DNA of 64,000 nucleotides from Entomortierella parvispora E1425 (taxonomy: Eukaryota > Fungi > Mortierellomycota): the NCBI GenBank assembly GCA_020891255.1, contig BQFW01000011.1:1178001-1242000 (forward strand). Direction: 5' to 3'. Positions 51,523-64,000 of this stretch are shown here, in pieces; the stretch's first letter is position 1; each line of letters begins with the position of its first letter. A program made the position numbers and the translations under genes. The notes under the pieces were generated by a model. That model searched no databases. It was not told the origin of the DNA and worked only from the letters and a program-made list of their open reading frames with translations.

Positions 51523-54363
51523 ATGTCGGATTCAGACTCATTCAAGGAGCCGCCGCCGAAGCCAATGAGGATTCGTGCAACATCCACCACCTACAACTCG
51601 TCCGTCAATGAGCTCAAGGAAGCTTTTACAAAAGCCCCGGTACCCACTCCACGGCCTGCACCTCGCCCCAACTTGCAGGATCAGATAAAGAAGGACTCAG
51701 AAACAACGTCGCCTTCACATAACATGGACTTGGCAAAGGGACAGCTGTTGGAGGGTCAGCCCAGCCAACGGTATCCAGACGATGGTCCTGTGAAAAAGAG
51801 CAGTATCGATCCCTTCTCGCCCAAAACACCCCCTGGTCGCCAAGGTCCACAGCCCCCACCAAAGCCCAAGAGAATCTCTATTGCACCTCAACCTCGAGCA
51901 AAGCCCTTGGGCCTTCAGTCCGCCACGCTGCAGCCAAAATCAGATCCAACAGTGACCAATGGCGCCCCCTCTCCAGAAGCATCATCGTTTTCGGCACGAT
52001 CTTCGTCGTCGTCTGTCATGACTGCGCCTTCAAGTAGGATCCAGAGTGTTTCCAAATCCCAGGAGCTTCCCCGACAGTCCGAACTGGCTATCAAATCGGC
52101 GTCTCCCAAGGCTATGATCACCCCACCTGTTAAGAAACCAAGGTCAACGGATCATTCGGCAGAACATTCCACGGACGACCAGATACCAGAACAGCATGGG
52201 TCCATTCATACACGAGGCAGAGCCACCATGGGTACACTTTCGTCTTCGCCGCCTGTTTGGGCGCGATCAACTAGTGCAACTGGTCCTAAATCTTTGACGA
52301 CCGCCGGATCTGGCGAGAGCAGGAACGAGGATTTGAGTTCATCAGGGACAAACGCAACGCTTTTCGGTGCAAGATCGAGGTTGAGATCAACTTCTGATGC
52401 CAAAACGTCTGCATCTCTCGCCATCGCAGTCCCACAATCGTCCAGGAGTCCAGTTGCCGCCGAACAGACGGTTGATGGACCCTTCAGTCATCGAGGTCAG
52501 GCCAATGCAGGATATATCAGCTCTCCTACTTCTCCAGTATCCCCCACCTACCCGCCGTATTCCAACATGAGCAGTGGTAGCCAGCGTTTGCATCCTGAAG
52601 ATGCACCAGCGGCGGCATTGACGGCGTCGCTACACAAAATTCAGGCCTTGGCACAAGAGCAAACGGAGCGGATGAAGCATATCAACTATGCCGAGAAAAG
52701 AGCGGATTTGGCTGAGGCTGTTCAGGAGAAGAGCTCACTCTGGAGAGCACGCGGTGCAGAGTGGGGTGGAATCGCCAAGAAAGCATGGGAGGATCGTGGG
52801 GGAATGGGTGGCATTGCTGGAGGATTGGCAGATCGCTGGAAAAGACGAGGTATTCTTCTAATGTTACTTGTTGTCGACCTTATCTATGGTTTGATCCATT
52901 GGCCCACGATTTCTTACTAACAGCTTTTGCACCAGATACGGATGAAATGCCTGATAGTAATGGCAACTTCAATCGACGAGGAACAGCGGTCCAAATCTTT
53001 GGACTTCCTTTAGAAGATGCGGTCAGGTTGTCGCGTATCTCGGTAGTGACAGGAGTACCGGCCGTCGTCACACGTTGCATTGAATACCTGGACATCATGG
53101 GCGTGGAGGAAGTAGGTCTCTATCGAGTGTCAGGGAGCACATCCAATGTGGCCCGGCTTAAATCCATGTTTGATCACGGTAAGTCCATGGTGCTATGCAG
53201 GATTGTTCAATAAGGAAGTTCAGGGTATTCATTGAAAAGTACATTTTCCTTGATTATAGGTCAAGACTATGACTTCTTACAAAAGGGAAATGAGCCTCAA
53301 AATCCTCACGACGTGGCGACATTACTCAAGCTTTACTTGCGTGAATGTAAGAATGCACCGTGCAGAGTGATGACATTTTTTTTTTTTTTTTTTTTCTCGA
53401 AAGGAAAAGAAAATATGTATTATACTAACTTGATATTCCGTAATAGTGCCATCCCCCATCATACCCACAGACAGTCTGGCATCATTCAACAGCATCAAAT
53501 TTTCGGAGATGGAACAATCTGTGCAATTGCTCAAAGACGCTCTCCATCGCTTGCCTTTGGAAAACTATATCCTACTGGGAACCCTCTGTCAACATTTGTC
53601 CAACCTCGCAGATTACGAAAGCAGCACCAAGATGAATATCTCCAACCTGGGACTGATCTTTTGTCCGACTCTACAGATCGGCTCTGTCCTTTTCAAGAAC
53701 CTGCTCGGTGGAGATGGCGGCGACGAACAACGGCGGAAGAATCTTCTACTGGTTTGGGCAGACAAGGATCTAAAGCACGAGGAAATGGAGAACTTGGAAT
53801 TGATCAAGAACTTTGAGATGGGTTTGCAACTGGAACAGGAGGGCGAGAACGACCTTGATTTCACAGACGATTTTTTGCAAGGCGAATCTGCCCAGGGTGG
53901 TCAACAGCGGGAGGCTACTGCAGTCTCTCACCATCCTGCGGGGGACTGGGAGGAGATTAATCGAGACTATTCAGATCAAAGTCCAGCGTCACCACCTCAC
54001 TGCATCCAGCATTTAAAGGGCACTTCTGGGTCGAGACAGACTCCACAAGGATCACCCAGCACCGAGAACGCCACCATCCCTTATACCCAATTGTCAGCGA
54101 AACCCACTTCAGGGACCACCACATCGAGACCGGCACCCGTGATAGATCTATACGACCAACTCATGACCAAAGAATTGGATGAGGCCACCAGCACACCTCT
54201 CATAGATTTTGGACTCGAGGATGCATCCATTGAACATGCGGCCGAGAATGCCCAGTGGCGTAGGCACGCTCGTGAGCCTGCGACCAACAATAGCAACGGT
54301 CGTTCTTCCAGTCAACCACATCGATCAAGGCATGAACGACATCCTGCAGCATCATTGATATAG
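51523..54363 (+). CDS. RhoGAP domain protein
   Basis: Exons 51523-52849, 52924-53178, 53260-53346, 53447-54363. IFGLPLEDAV..VPAVVTRCIEYL..VEEVGLYRVSGS (arginine finger), PHDVATLLKLYLRELPSPII, LPLENYILLGTLCQHL, TKMNISNLGLIFCPTL. Confidence 0.92.
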
Positions 54364-54542
54364 TAGTAATGATAAAAAAAACTGCCAGCATCGGCCGCTG
54401 TTCCTGTTGTTAATGTCCACGCTCCTTGCCCATATAGCACTTTAGAAATTTGCTGCCTGTCTAGTCATGTCCGCCCACTTGACCCGTCTTCACTTCCCAC
54501 TGGGGTTTGAGCCATAGTTAAACGTGGGCGGGTATGGTCTAT

Positions 54543-54738
54543 GGGCAAGGGAGGGGTCTGCAGTGGGCTCTCTGGGGAATTTGTGGGTTAACCCATTGGG
54601 GGTTTAGGATGGTCGACCTTAACCCCCCCTCCCCTCTTAGGGAATTTGTGGGTTTTTTTAGGGTGGGGGAAATATGCGAGGCTTGGTAAAAACCCACAAA
54701 TTCCCCAGATGAGCCCACTGCAGGCCTCTCCTCTGCCC
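54543..54738. mobile_element. MITE-like / foldback element (~196 bp)
   Basis: Inverted repeats 54543-54589 and 54691-54738. The core CTGCAGTGGGCTC(A)TCTGGGGAATTTGTGGGTT matches except for a 1-nt indel. A third copy of GGGAATTTGTGGGTT lies internally at ~54640. No target-site duplication was found. Confidence 0.55.
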
Positions 54739-54917
54739 CCTGTTGTAGCATCGACTCATCTCCACTGTCTCCATACACATGCATCTGCCTTCGGTTGTTT
54801 CTGATTTCCGCTTTTATTCTATTTGGACATTTGACATATTATTATGGGTGAGTAGTAAGTACAGTAGTTGCATAAGAGAGGTGGTGTAGATCGAAAGGAG
54901 AGATGGTTCAATTCGTT

Positions 54918-55625
54918 CTAGACCATGGTCGAAACTCCAGTGCCTCCCGTGATGGTACTGGAAGCCGGTGTCTGGCCACGAAGGGCAGCGAAACCGTATG
55001 AGAGGGCGGCAAAAGTCAACAACAAGGCCGAGATGGTCTGAAGGTTGGCATGACCCACTCCCACTCCCAACCACATCAGGATACAGAAACTAAATTGATG
55101 AAAGGATGGAGAGCCGGAAAGTGGAAGAGATGATGTCAGTGCGTTGCTGTGTTGTTGGCTCGAAAAGAAAAGAAAAGAAAAGAAAATTGGTGGCGCAAGA
55201 TCGGTAGTGTCCGAGAATGAAAAAAAAAAAAAAAAAAAAAAAATTCAAGTCTTACATGAGGTAAGCACCGGCGCGGAAGTAAGAGTTCTGGAAACGACCC
55301 ATGAACGTGTCAAACTTGGCGCTGGTGGGGCAGCATTTCATGCACAGGGGAATCTCGATGAAGATCAAGAGGAAGGCAATGATCCATCCGATCAGCGACC
55401 AGGCGATCCTGAAGTTGAGGATACCAAACAGGATCAAGGCTATAGAGTGGGCGAGAATACAAAGGCGTGTACGTGTGAGTCTTTTTCGTTGTCCATAACC
55501 GTCCGATAGGTCCCACGTGGATGGCGCCATGCTATTCCCGAGTAACTATGGAAACGTACCGACAATGGAGGCAAGGCCGAACCTAGGAAGGGCGAGAGAA
55601 GATGAAAGAAAGAGGAGAGAGAGAA

Positions 55626-55660
<35 letters not shown>

Positions 55661-55809
55661 GAAACACATATCAGAGTCAAGATCAACGGACGCGCCAGGA
55701 ATGTGGTTCCATCCTCATCCCTGCAAGAGTCCAGGATTCTTGAAAGGCGACATTACCACTGGCCATAGAGTGAAAAGTTGCCGGAACGGAATTCGTCGAT
55801 CAGTGACAT
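54918..55809 (-). CDS. TVP18: Golgi membrane protein Tvp18 (flower-like)
   Basis: Four exons: MSLIDEFRSGNFSLYGQW / FGLASIV / ALILFGILNF..FIEIPLCMKCCPTSAKFDTFMGRFQNSYFRAGAYL / IFCILMWLG..LSYGFAALRGQ..TMV-stop. Confidence 0.88.
55629..55656. repeat. (GA)14 microsatellite
   Basis: Seen directly in TVP18 intron 1. Confidence 0.9.
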
Positions 55810-56709
55810 TGTGTATAAAGAAAGGTATGAAGGGAGTGAAAGAGTTGAAAAGTGAAGCAAAAGAGAGAGGAGGAGGAGGAGGAGGACATAAATGAGGACG
55901 CCAAGAAGAGACAGCGGCTTTTGCTTTGAGACAAGACACGGTCATGGATGAAAGACAGCCCATTCTTTTTTTTTCTTTTTTCTTTTTTTGCAGAACATAT
56001 GAGAAAAAACATTTTTCCGAGGGTGTGGTGTGTGGCTCGTACGATGATGCTGGTGGCGGTGGCGGTTGTGGCGTGGCGTGGCGTGGCGGGTTTTCATCTT
56101 TTTCGGATGTGCAGTGCGCGATTAAGAAGATGAACAGGTCATGGAGCAGACAGGGGGCGGGCGTCATCCTCATCATCGACAGCCCAGTCCTAGCCACGGT
56201 GGGTATGTTTACTGTGGAGAAAAGGCAATTCAATTCAAGGAGTGGTGTGAGGTGAGGACTGAAGATATGGATCTACGCTTGCTACCTTACTTGCAAGGAG
56301 GTGGAGGGACAAGGAAGGACACGAAGGAGAGCCTCCTCGTGCTTACCGAGGCAATCGCCTCCTCTCCCTTCTCTCTCTTTCTCTCTCTCTCCAACCGACG
56401 CTTCATTTTCGCCTGTTTAATAAACACACACCCACGTTCACCCCTTGACCCTCTTTCCCTTCACACACCCAGCGAGACCCACCCAACGGACAGGAGACAG
56501 ACCATGGCAGGTGCAACGCAAGGCAACAAGCATGACCGCAGCCCCTGCTCTGCTCCTGGGAGAATTGCAAAGACGAGAGCAAGGGAAAGGGTGGCCACAA
56601 AGCACAAGCACAAAGCACGCTGCGAAGCACAAGTCACGAACCGACGAGCCAGAAGGTTCGCCCTGATGTGCCCTGTCCGCGCGCGCTTTTCCTGCCTCCA
56701 GGATCATTT

Positions 56710-56776
56710 CCATCCATCCATTCATCCATCCATCTATCCACTCATTCATCTATCCATTCATCCATCCATCCATCCA
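56710..56776. repeat. Degenerate (CCAT)n microsatellite
   Basis: About 16 CCAT/TCAT/CTAT units in the TVP18-SRPK intergenic region. Confidence 0.85.
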
Positions 56777-57018
56777 CCTGTCCACCCAGCTGCCCATCCT
56801 CATCACCCCGCCCCCTTTGTTCTCTCGTCCTCTTTCCTCGGCAAAGTCGCATCCATCCCCCTGCTGTCCTCTGCATTCCTCTACACAAGGCATCCACGCG
56901 TGCGAGAGAGAGAGCTGTGCAGCATCGTCCAGTCCATACGGCCATCGTTTGTTTTCACACGATTCCTGTCTTGTTGTCCACCTCCTTTCCATCTTCTCAA
57001 CCACACTGACCAGGCGTC

Positions 57019-59342
<2,324 letters not shown>

Positions 59343-59458
59343 ACACACTCCCTTTCAAAACCGATACTCTCTCCACGCTGTGGCTTGTGATGTAAAAATG
59401 TTCGAACTTTGGGAGGACGCGTTCGTATGGTGAAGCCAACTCTTTCTTTTGCATCAAC

Positions 59459-61516
59459 ATGGACCAACATCAAGGACACCCACCCTCGAGCTTGCAGCCC
59501 GGCATCAGACTCGAAGCGTCGGCCCGAACTCCCGGACAAAGCCGATTCTCGGACAATGGGCGTCAGGCGTTCAATGAAGACCTTGACATGGGAGATGACT
59601 CGGCCAACCATGGTCATGACAATGCAAGCCATGGCCATAGTCATGACCATAGCCATGACCACTCCCACAGCCATGACCACTCTCACAGCCACGACCATGG
59701 AGGCCATGGAGGTCATCGTTTTGATGAGGGGGATGATGTCCATGAGGAAACCTTGCACTTTCATAAAATTGTAAAGGCCTTTTCGCAGTACAAGAATAGC
59801 GCCATGTACGCCAACCATCGCCGAAGAACCGATTTTTACTCGCTTCCCGAGAGACAGCAAAAGTAAGTGCCTCCTGCTGAAGTTATCAAGAAGGCCGAGT
59901 AACGCACTGTACAAAGTACTGACCCCCTCTTGTTGCTGTTTAATAGGATGCTCCCCGCTTACCTCGAGAGGATGGAGAAGGTTGACGAGGCGATTGAGGC
60001 CAATTATGAGATTATCAAGATCATTTGTGAAGACCAGCAGATTTTTGTCAACGACGAGTTGGTCAAGGTAGAGTCAGCACGGGCTGTAATATGTCGTGAT
60101 AGTGACTTGGAATGACCGTTGTAACCTCTATCATTTGACATTTGCGTCAGCTTGATATGAACGATAGGGCTAGGAATGCGGCAGCTCTTCGTGTTCGTGA
60201 ACAGGACATGGAAAAAGTCCAAGGAACGATCAAGCAATTCGTGCGCGACTGGAGTGAAGGCGTAAGATATACTACATCTCTACTTTCGCGAGTCCTCAAA
60301 GTCTGAGGGCCTGCCATGCTAATTCCTTTATGTATATCATCTTCTTGAGAGTAGGGAAAGCCTGAACGTGAGGCTATTTACCACCCAATGGTTCAGGAGT
60401 TGAAAGCACGCTTCTCGGATGTACCTGTGCAGGAGCGAGGAAAGCTCAATGTTCTTGTGCCTGGATCTGGATTGGGTCGCCTGGCTTTTGATATTGCACA
60501 CGAGGGCTTCAGCTGTCAGGGCAACGAATTTTCGTACTACATGTTGCTGGCATCCAACTTCATCCTCAACAAGACCCAGAGTGTCAACCAGTTCAAGATC
60601 TACCCCTACATTCACTCTTTCTCAAACATTGTCAAGCCGAACGATGTTTTGACCTCGGCCATGATCCCTGATGTCAACCCAAGTGAAATTCCTCGGGGAG
60701 CTGACTTTTCAATGGTGGCGGGCGATTTCATTGAGGTCTACGGAATGGAGGAAGAAAATTTTGGTAAGAAATGTCTGCTTGGTTGAACCCAGGACAATCG
60801 GTTTGAACTGAGGAGCACACAATCTTATCAATCTCTGTTGTGGATCATAGGAAAATGGGACGCTGTGGTCACTTGCTTCTTCATCGATACTGCCAAGAAC
60901 ATTGTCGATTACCTGGAAACTATTCACAAGATCCTGAAGAAAGGAGGCGTCTGGATCAATGCCGGTAAGTTAGACGTGGTCTCCGAGGACTTTTAGTGAC
61001 TGCGGAATTTGCCAGAATTTTTGCCCGGACGATCTGTCGAGGCAAGCCCCGGAATCTCAAAGAGAGATAATTGAAACTCCACGATGAACGCCATTGTCAG
61101 AGACCTCTTCTCTTTTTTTGTTGAGCCGAAAATAACTCCCCGAAGCCAGAGAGCTATTTCTAGGATTTGAGTTGGTCAGGGACTGGGGCCTGAACAATTT
61201 TTTTGACAGACACAAAACGCGCGGGTCACTGTTTCAGAGGACTCGAAAAGGTCTTCACATTTTAACCGAGGGTTTGGTTGTTTCTTTTTTTTTTTTTTTT
61301 TTGGTTCCCCATGTAGGACCATTGCTGTGGCATTTTGAGAATACACCCAATGAGATCTCCATCGAATTGAGTTTGGAGGAGGTTCTTGATCTGGTCAAGA
61401 AAGTGGGCTTCAGAATTGAGGTGCAAGGGACGACCAAGAGTACATACATGGCAAACCCACATGGCATGCTGAAATACGTGTATGAGTGCAGTACATGGAC
61501 TTGCATCAAGGAATAA
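59459..61516 (+). CDS. CARNMT1: Carnosine N-methyltransferase (N2227-like) with His-rich N-terminus
   Basis: Six exons. [22 protein letters not shown]-binding [79 protein letters not shown]. Confidence 0.92.
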
Positions 61517-61539
61517 AACAAGTGCTTTTTAGTTTGAAA

Positions 61540-62632
61540 CTATCCGATCCTGGTATTGTCTTTCCAGAGATGATTGCCTTGATTCCACACCTTGATCACC
61601 CGCTCCTCCAACGTGTGCTCGTACCCAAGGACGGACACACTGGCCGTGTCCAGGACAAAGTTCTTGCCCTGCAGTCCATCCATCTTTAACCAGCGTGCAG
61701 CAAACACTCTCAGGAAATGACCATGTGCCACCACAAGAACATCCCGCCTTCCCGGTTCAGGGATGTTGATAGTGGTTTTGAACGACTCTGACTGCAAATG
61801 ATCGCCATTGTGGTCGTCATTGTTGCCATCTGGATCGCCATTGCCACGAAGTTTTCCTGGTGTATCGGCTTTGAGTTCCAGCTCTGTAAAAGGCATCTTT
61901 AAGGTACTCGTGGTATTGCCCTGAGAATCCTGTCCTCGCTGATAGTTATGGATCAACTCGATGATAGCATCCGCTCTTGCAGAGACCTGTTCAACCGTTT
62001 CACCGTTGGGTGCATTGTCTCCAAAGAGAGACCAATTCGGCCGTGTCTTAAGGATCTCCTTGGTGGTCACGCCTTCATAATCTCCATAATCCCATTCGGT
62101 CAACAGGGAAGTGGTCCGAGCTTGCGTCTGGACAAAACAAGAGAGAGGATGACCGTGCGAAGTGGATGTCTTGTTCAGTCCTCCGTCTCGAAGTTGCTCA
62201 TATGTTTGCTGTGCTCGTTTTAAAGGAGAGACCAGGACCAAGGTGATATTGTTGATATGAACCATGTCCTGATACGGGTTTTCAAAGATGCTATGCTCCG
62301 GTTCAAGAGTTGCAGCATTAGTAATTGATGGGTTTTTTTTGAGATACCGCGTCCTGTAGATACCATGGAGGGTTCTTAACAATGATGGTCCCAAACAAGG
62401 CATAGAGAATCCTAGTTCCTGAGGAGGGATTGTCTTTCCTCATATGGAATCCAGTAGAGAGACAGGCTTTTACTCACCGAGACGAAAGCAACGCCGCTTG
62501 CTCGAGACCGCTGGGTAAAAGTGGGACGTCTGTCAATCCAGTATGACGGCCGTTCTGACTCCACTCGGTCGTTCCATGACGGACAAGATAAACGCGCGGG
62601 TATGGTCCGTGAACAGGCGAGGGAGCTGTCAT
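61540..62632 (-). CDS. Histidine phosphatase, sedoheptulose-1,7-bisphosphatase (Shb17)-like
   Basis: Exons 62632-62478 and 62353-61540. [79 protein letters not shown]. Confidence 0.88.
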
Positions 62633-64000
62633 GATGTAGTGGAAATCGTTCGAGGTGGGAGGGGAAAGTAACTGAAGAAAAGAGGAAGAGGGGTGAGGGG
62701 TAAACTTGATTTAACTGGCACACTGGAAATGCGGGATAAAAAGCCACCGTGAATGCCGCGACCCCCGTCTCAGACGACACAACACGTTCATTCCAGGTCC
62801 ATGCTGCAGCCTCAATTGCTTCAATTGGTTGCGCTCATGCACAGGGTTGCGTCAATGCGCCACCAAATGCACAGAAAATATTGTTTCTCCTGGTCCTGCC
62901 AAGATATTTTCCCTCCCTTGTAAAGATGTGGGCGGCAAAGAAATGAAGCGCAGAAGAAGTAAAGAGGGCGACGATGACGCTGAGCCGGCACGGGGCGAAA
63001 AAGCCGCGACTACATCATTGCCTTGACCTTGCCGTTGGTTCTAAGAAAAGTGAGAAGTAGACCCGATTTGTCGATTCCCGCATTTTTTTTAAGTTACTCT
63101 GGTTGAGTCAGGGGAGAAAGGACGTGTCCAACCCGCAGTCCTCCACCGTTTGCTGTTCTCGTCAAGCAAAATCTATAGAGTTTCTAACGCTCAATTCGTG
63201 TGCCTTTCGGAAGACCACACGCTGACAGACCGACGAATTATTATTTTTGGTTAAACCGTAGCCTGGGCAAGGAGAGAGGACTGTCGAGACGATCCGGGTG
63301 ACCCTGACCGAGTAAAAATAATGAGCCTTTCGTCTGTTCTTATTTCTTTCCCTTTACTGGCTCTCGTCCACTGAGGAGAAAGCACACGAACCGGCGCAGC
63401 AAACTTTTCTTTACTCCCACATGGGGTGGAGGAAGGCAAGGAAAAAATGGAGAACAACAATAATGACTCGCGAGGTGATCGATTGGTTCTCGCAGTTGGC
63501 TCCCTTCCAATGTTCAGAAATACCGAAGCGTGAGAGTCCCTTCCAACGGAACAAACAAAAACTGGGAGAGACTGGGAGAGCAAAGTGAGCTTTTCTCCTG
63601 CTTTTGGTATCCATGTAGACTGCTGTGGCCTTCTTGAGAAAGTCCACCTTCCCACAAGTACATATACCGTGGCCGTAAAACAGCTGGATGCTCTCAACCA
63701 CGTCCAGCTGCAGCTGCAAGGAAGCATGTGCAGCTGCAGGAAAGAAAATAAAGCCTGAATGCGGGATGCAGAGTGTAAAGAGACGGATGGACACCAGCGG
63801 AAAAGGGAACCAGGGGCAAAAGCAACGGACATTATCAACCCTATTTACATTAGCTGCACCAAGCAGCTCCGTTTTGTTGGATTGGGGATTGTCCTATCAG
63901 TCATGCCGCCCCTTCCCCCTGAGTCTAGTTCTGGCGACCGACAGGGGCACTGAGAGTCAGAGAGTCAAGAAAGGAAACGAAGGGAAGAAGAGGAACTCTT

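Overview
Intron-rich fungal genomic DNA (about 50% GC, GT-AG introns, many homopolymer runs). Gene style and protein sequences suggest an early-diverging fungus, most likely Mortierellaceae (inference). About 24 protein-coding genes could be reconstructed by hand: an FBXL2/20-like F-box/LRR protein, PHO88/SND3, GST-zeta/maiA, NOP16, a head-to-head THI6 + THI20 thiamine pair, an orphan Myb/SANT-like coiled-coil protein, a GCK-III Ste20 kinase, mitochondrial thiolase, proteasome alpha-2, a Cys-rich secreted/GPI-type protein, a DH-PH RhoGEF, a second F-box protein, an Ady2/SatP acetate transporter, three clustered Dal5/Tna1-type MFS permeases, EF-1alpha, a RhoGAP, TVP18, SRPK, a CARNMT1-type methyltransferase and a SHB17-like histidine phosphatase. 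No tRNA, rRNA or CRISPR array was recognised. The most interesting items are: the divergent THI6/THI20 pair, which packs the enzymes of the bacterial thiE-thiM-thiD-tenA salvage set around one 562-bp promoter; an animal-like prenylation motif on the F-box/LRR protein; an HxH polyhistidine tract on the histidine methyltransferase, whose gene sits only 116 bp downstream of SRPK; a MITE-like foldback element; five consecutive in-frame stops after the RhoGAP; and coding-like decayed islands in the large intergenic gaps. Exon boundaries were called manually and need RNA-seq confirmation.
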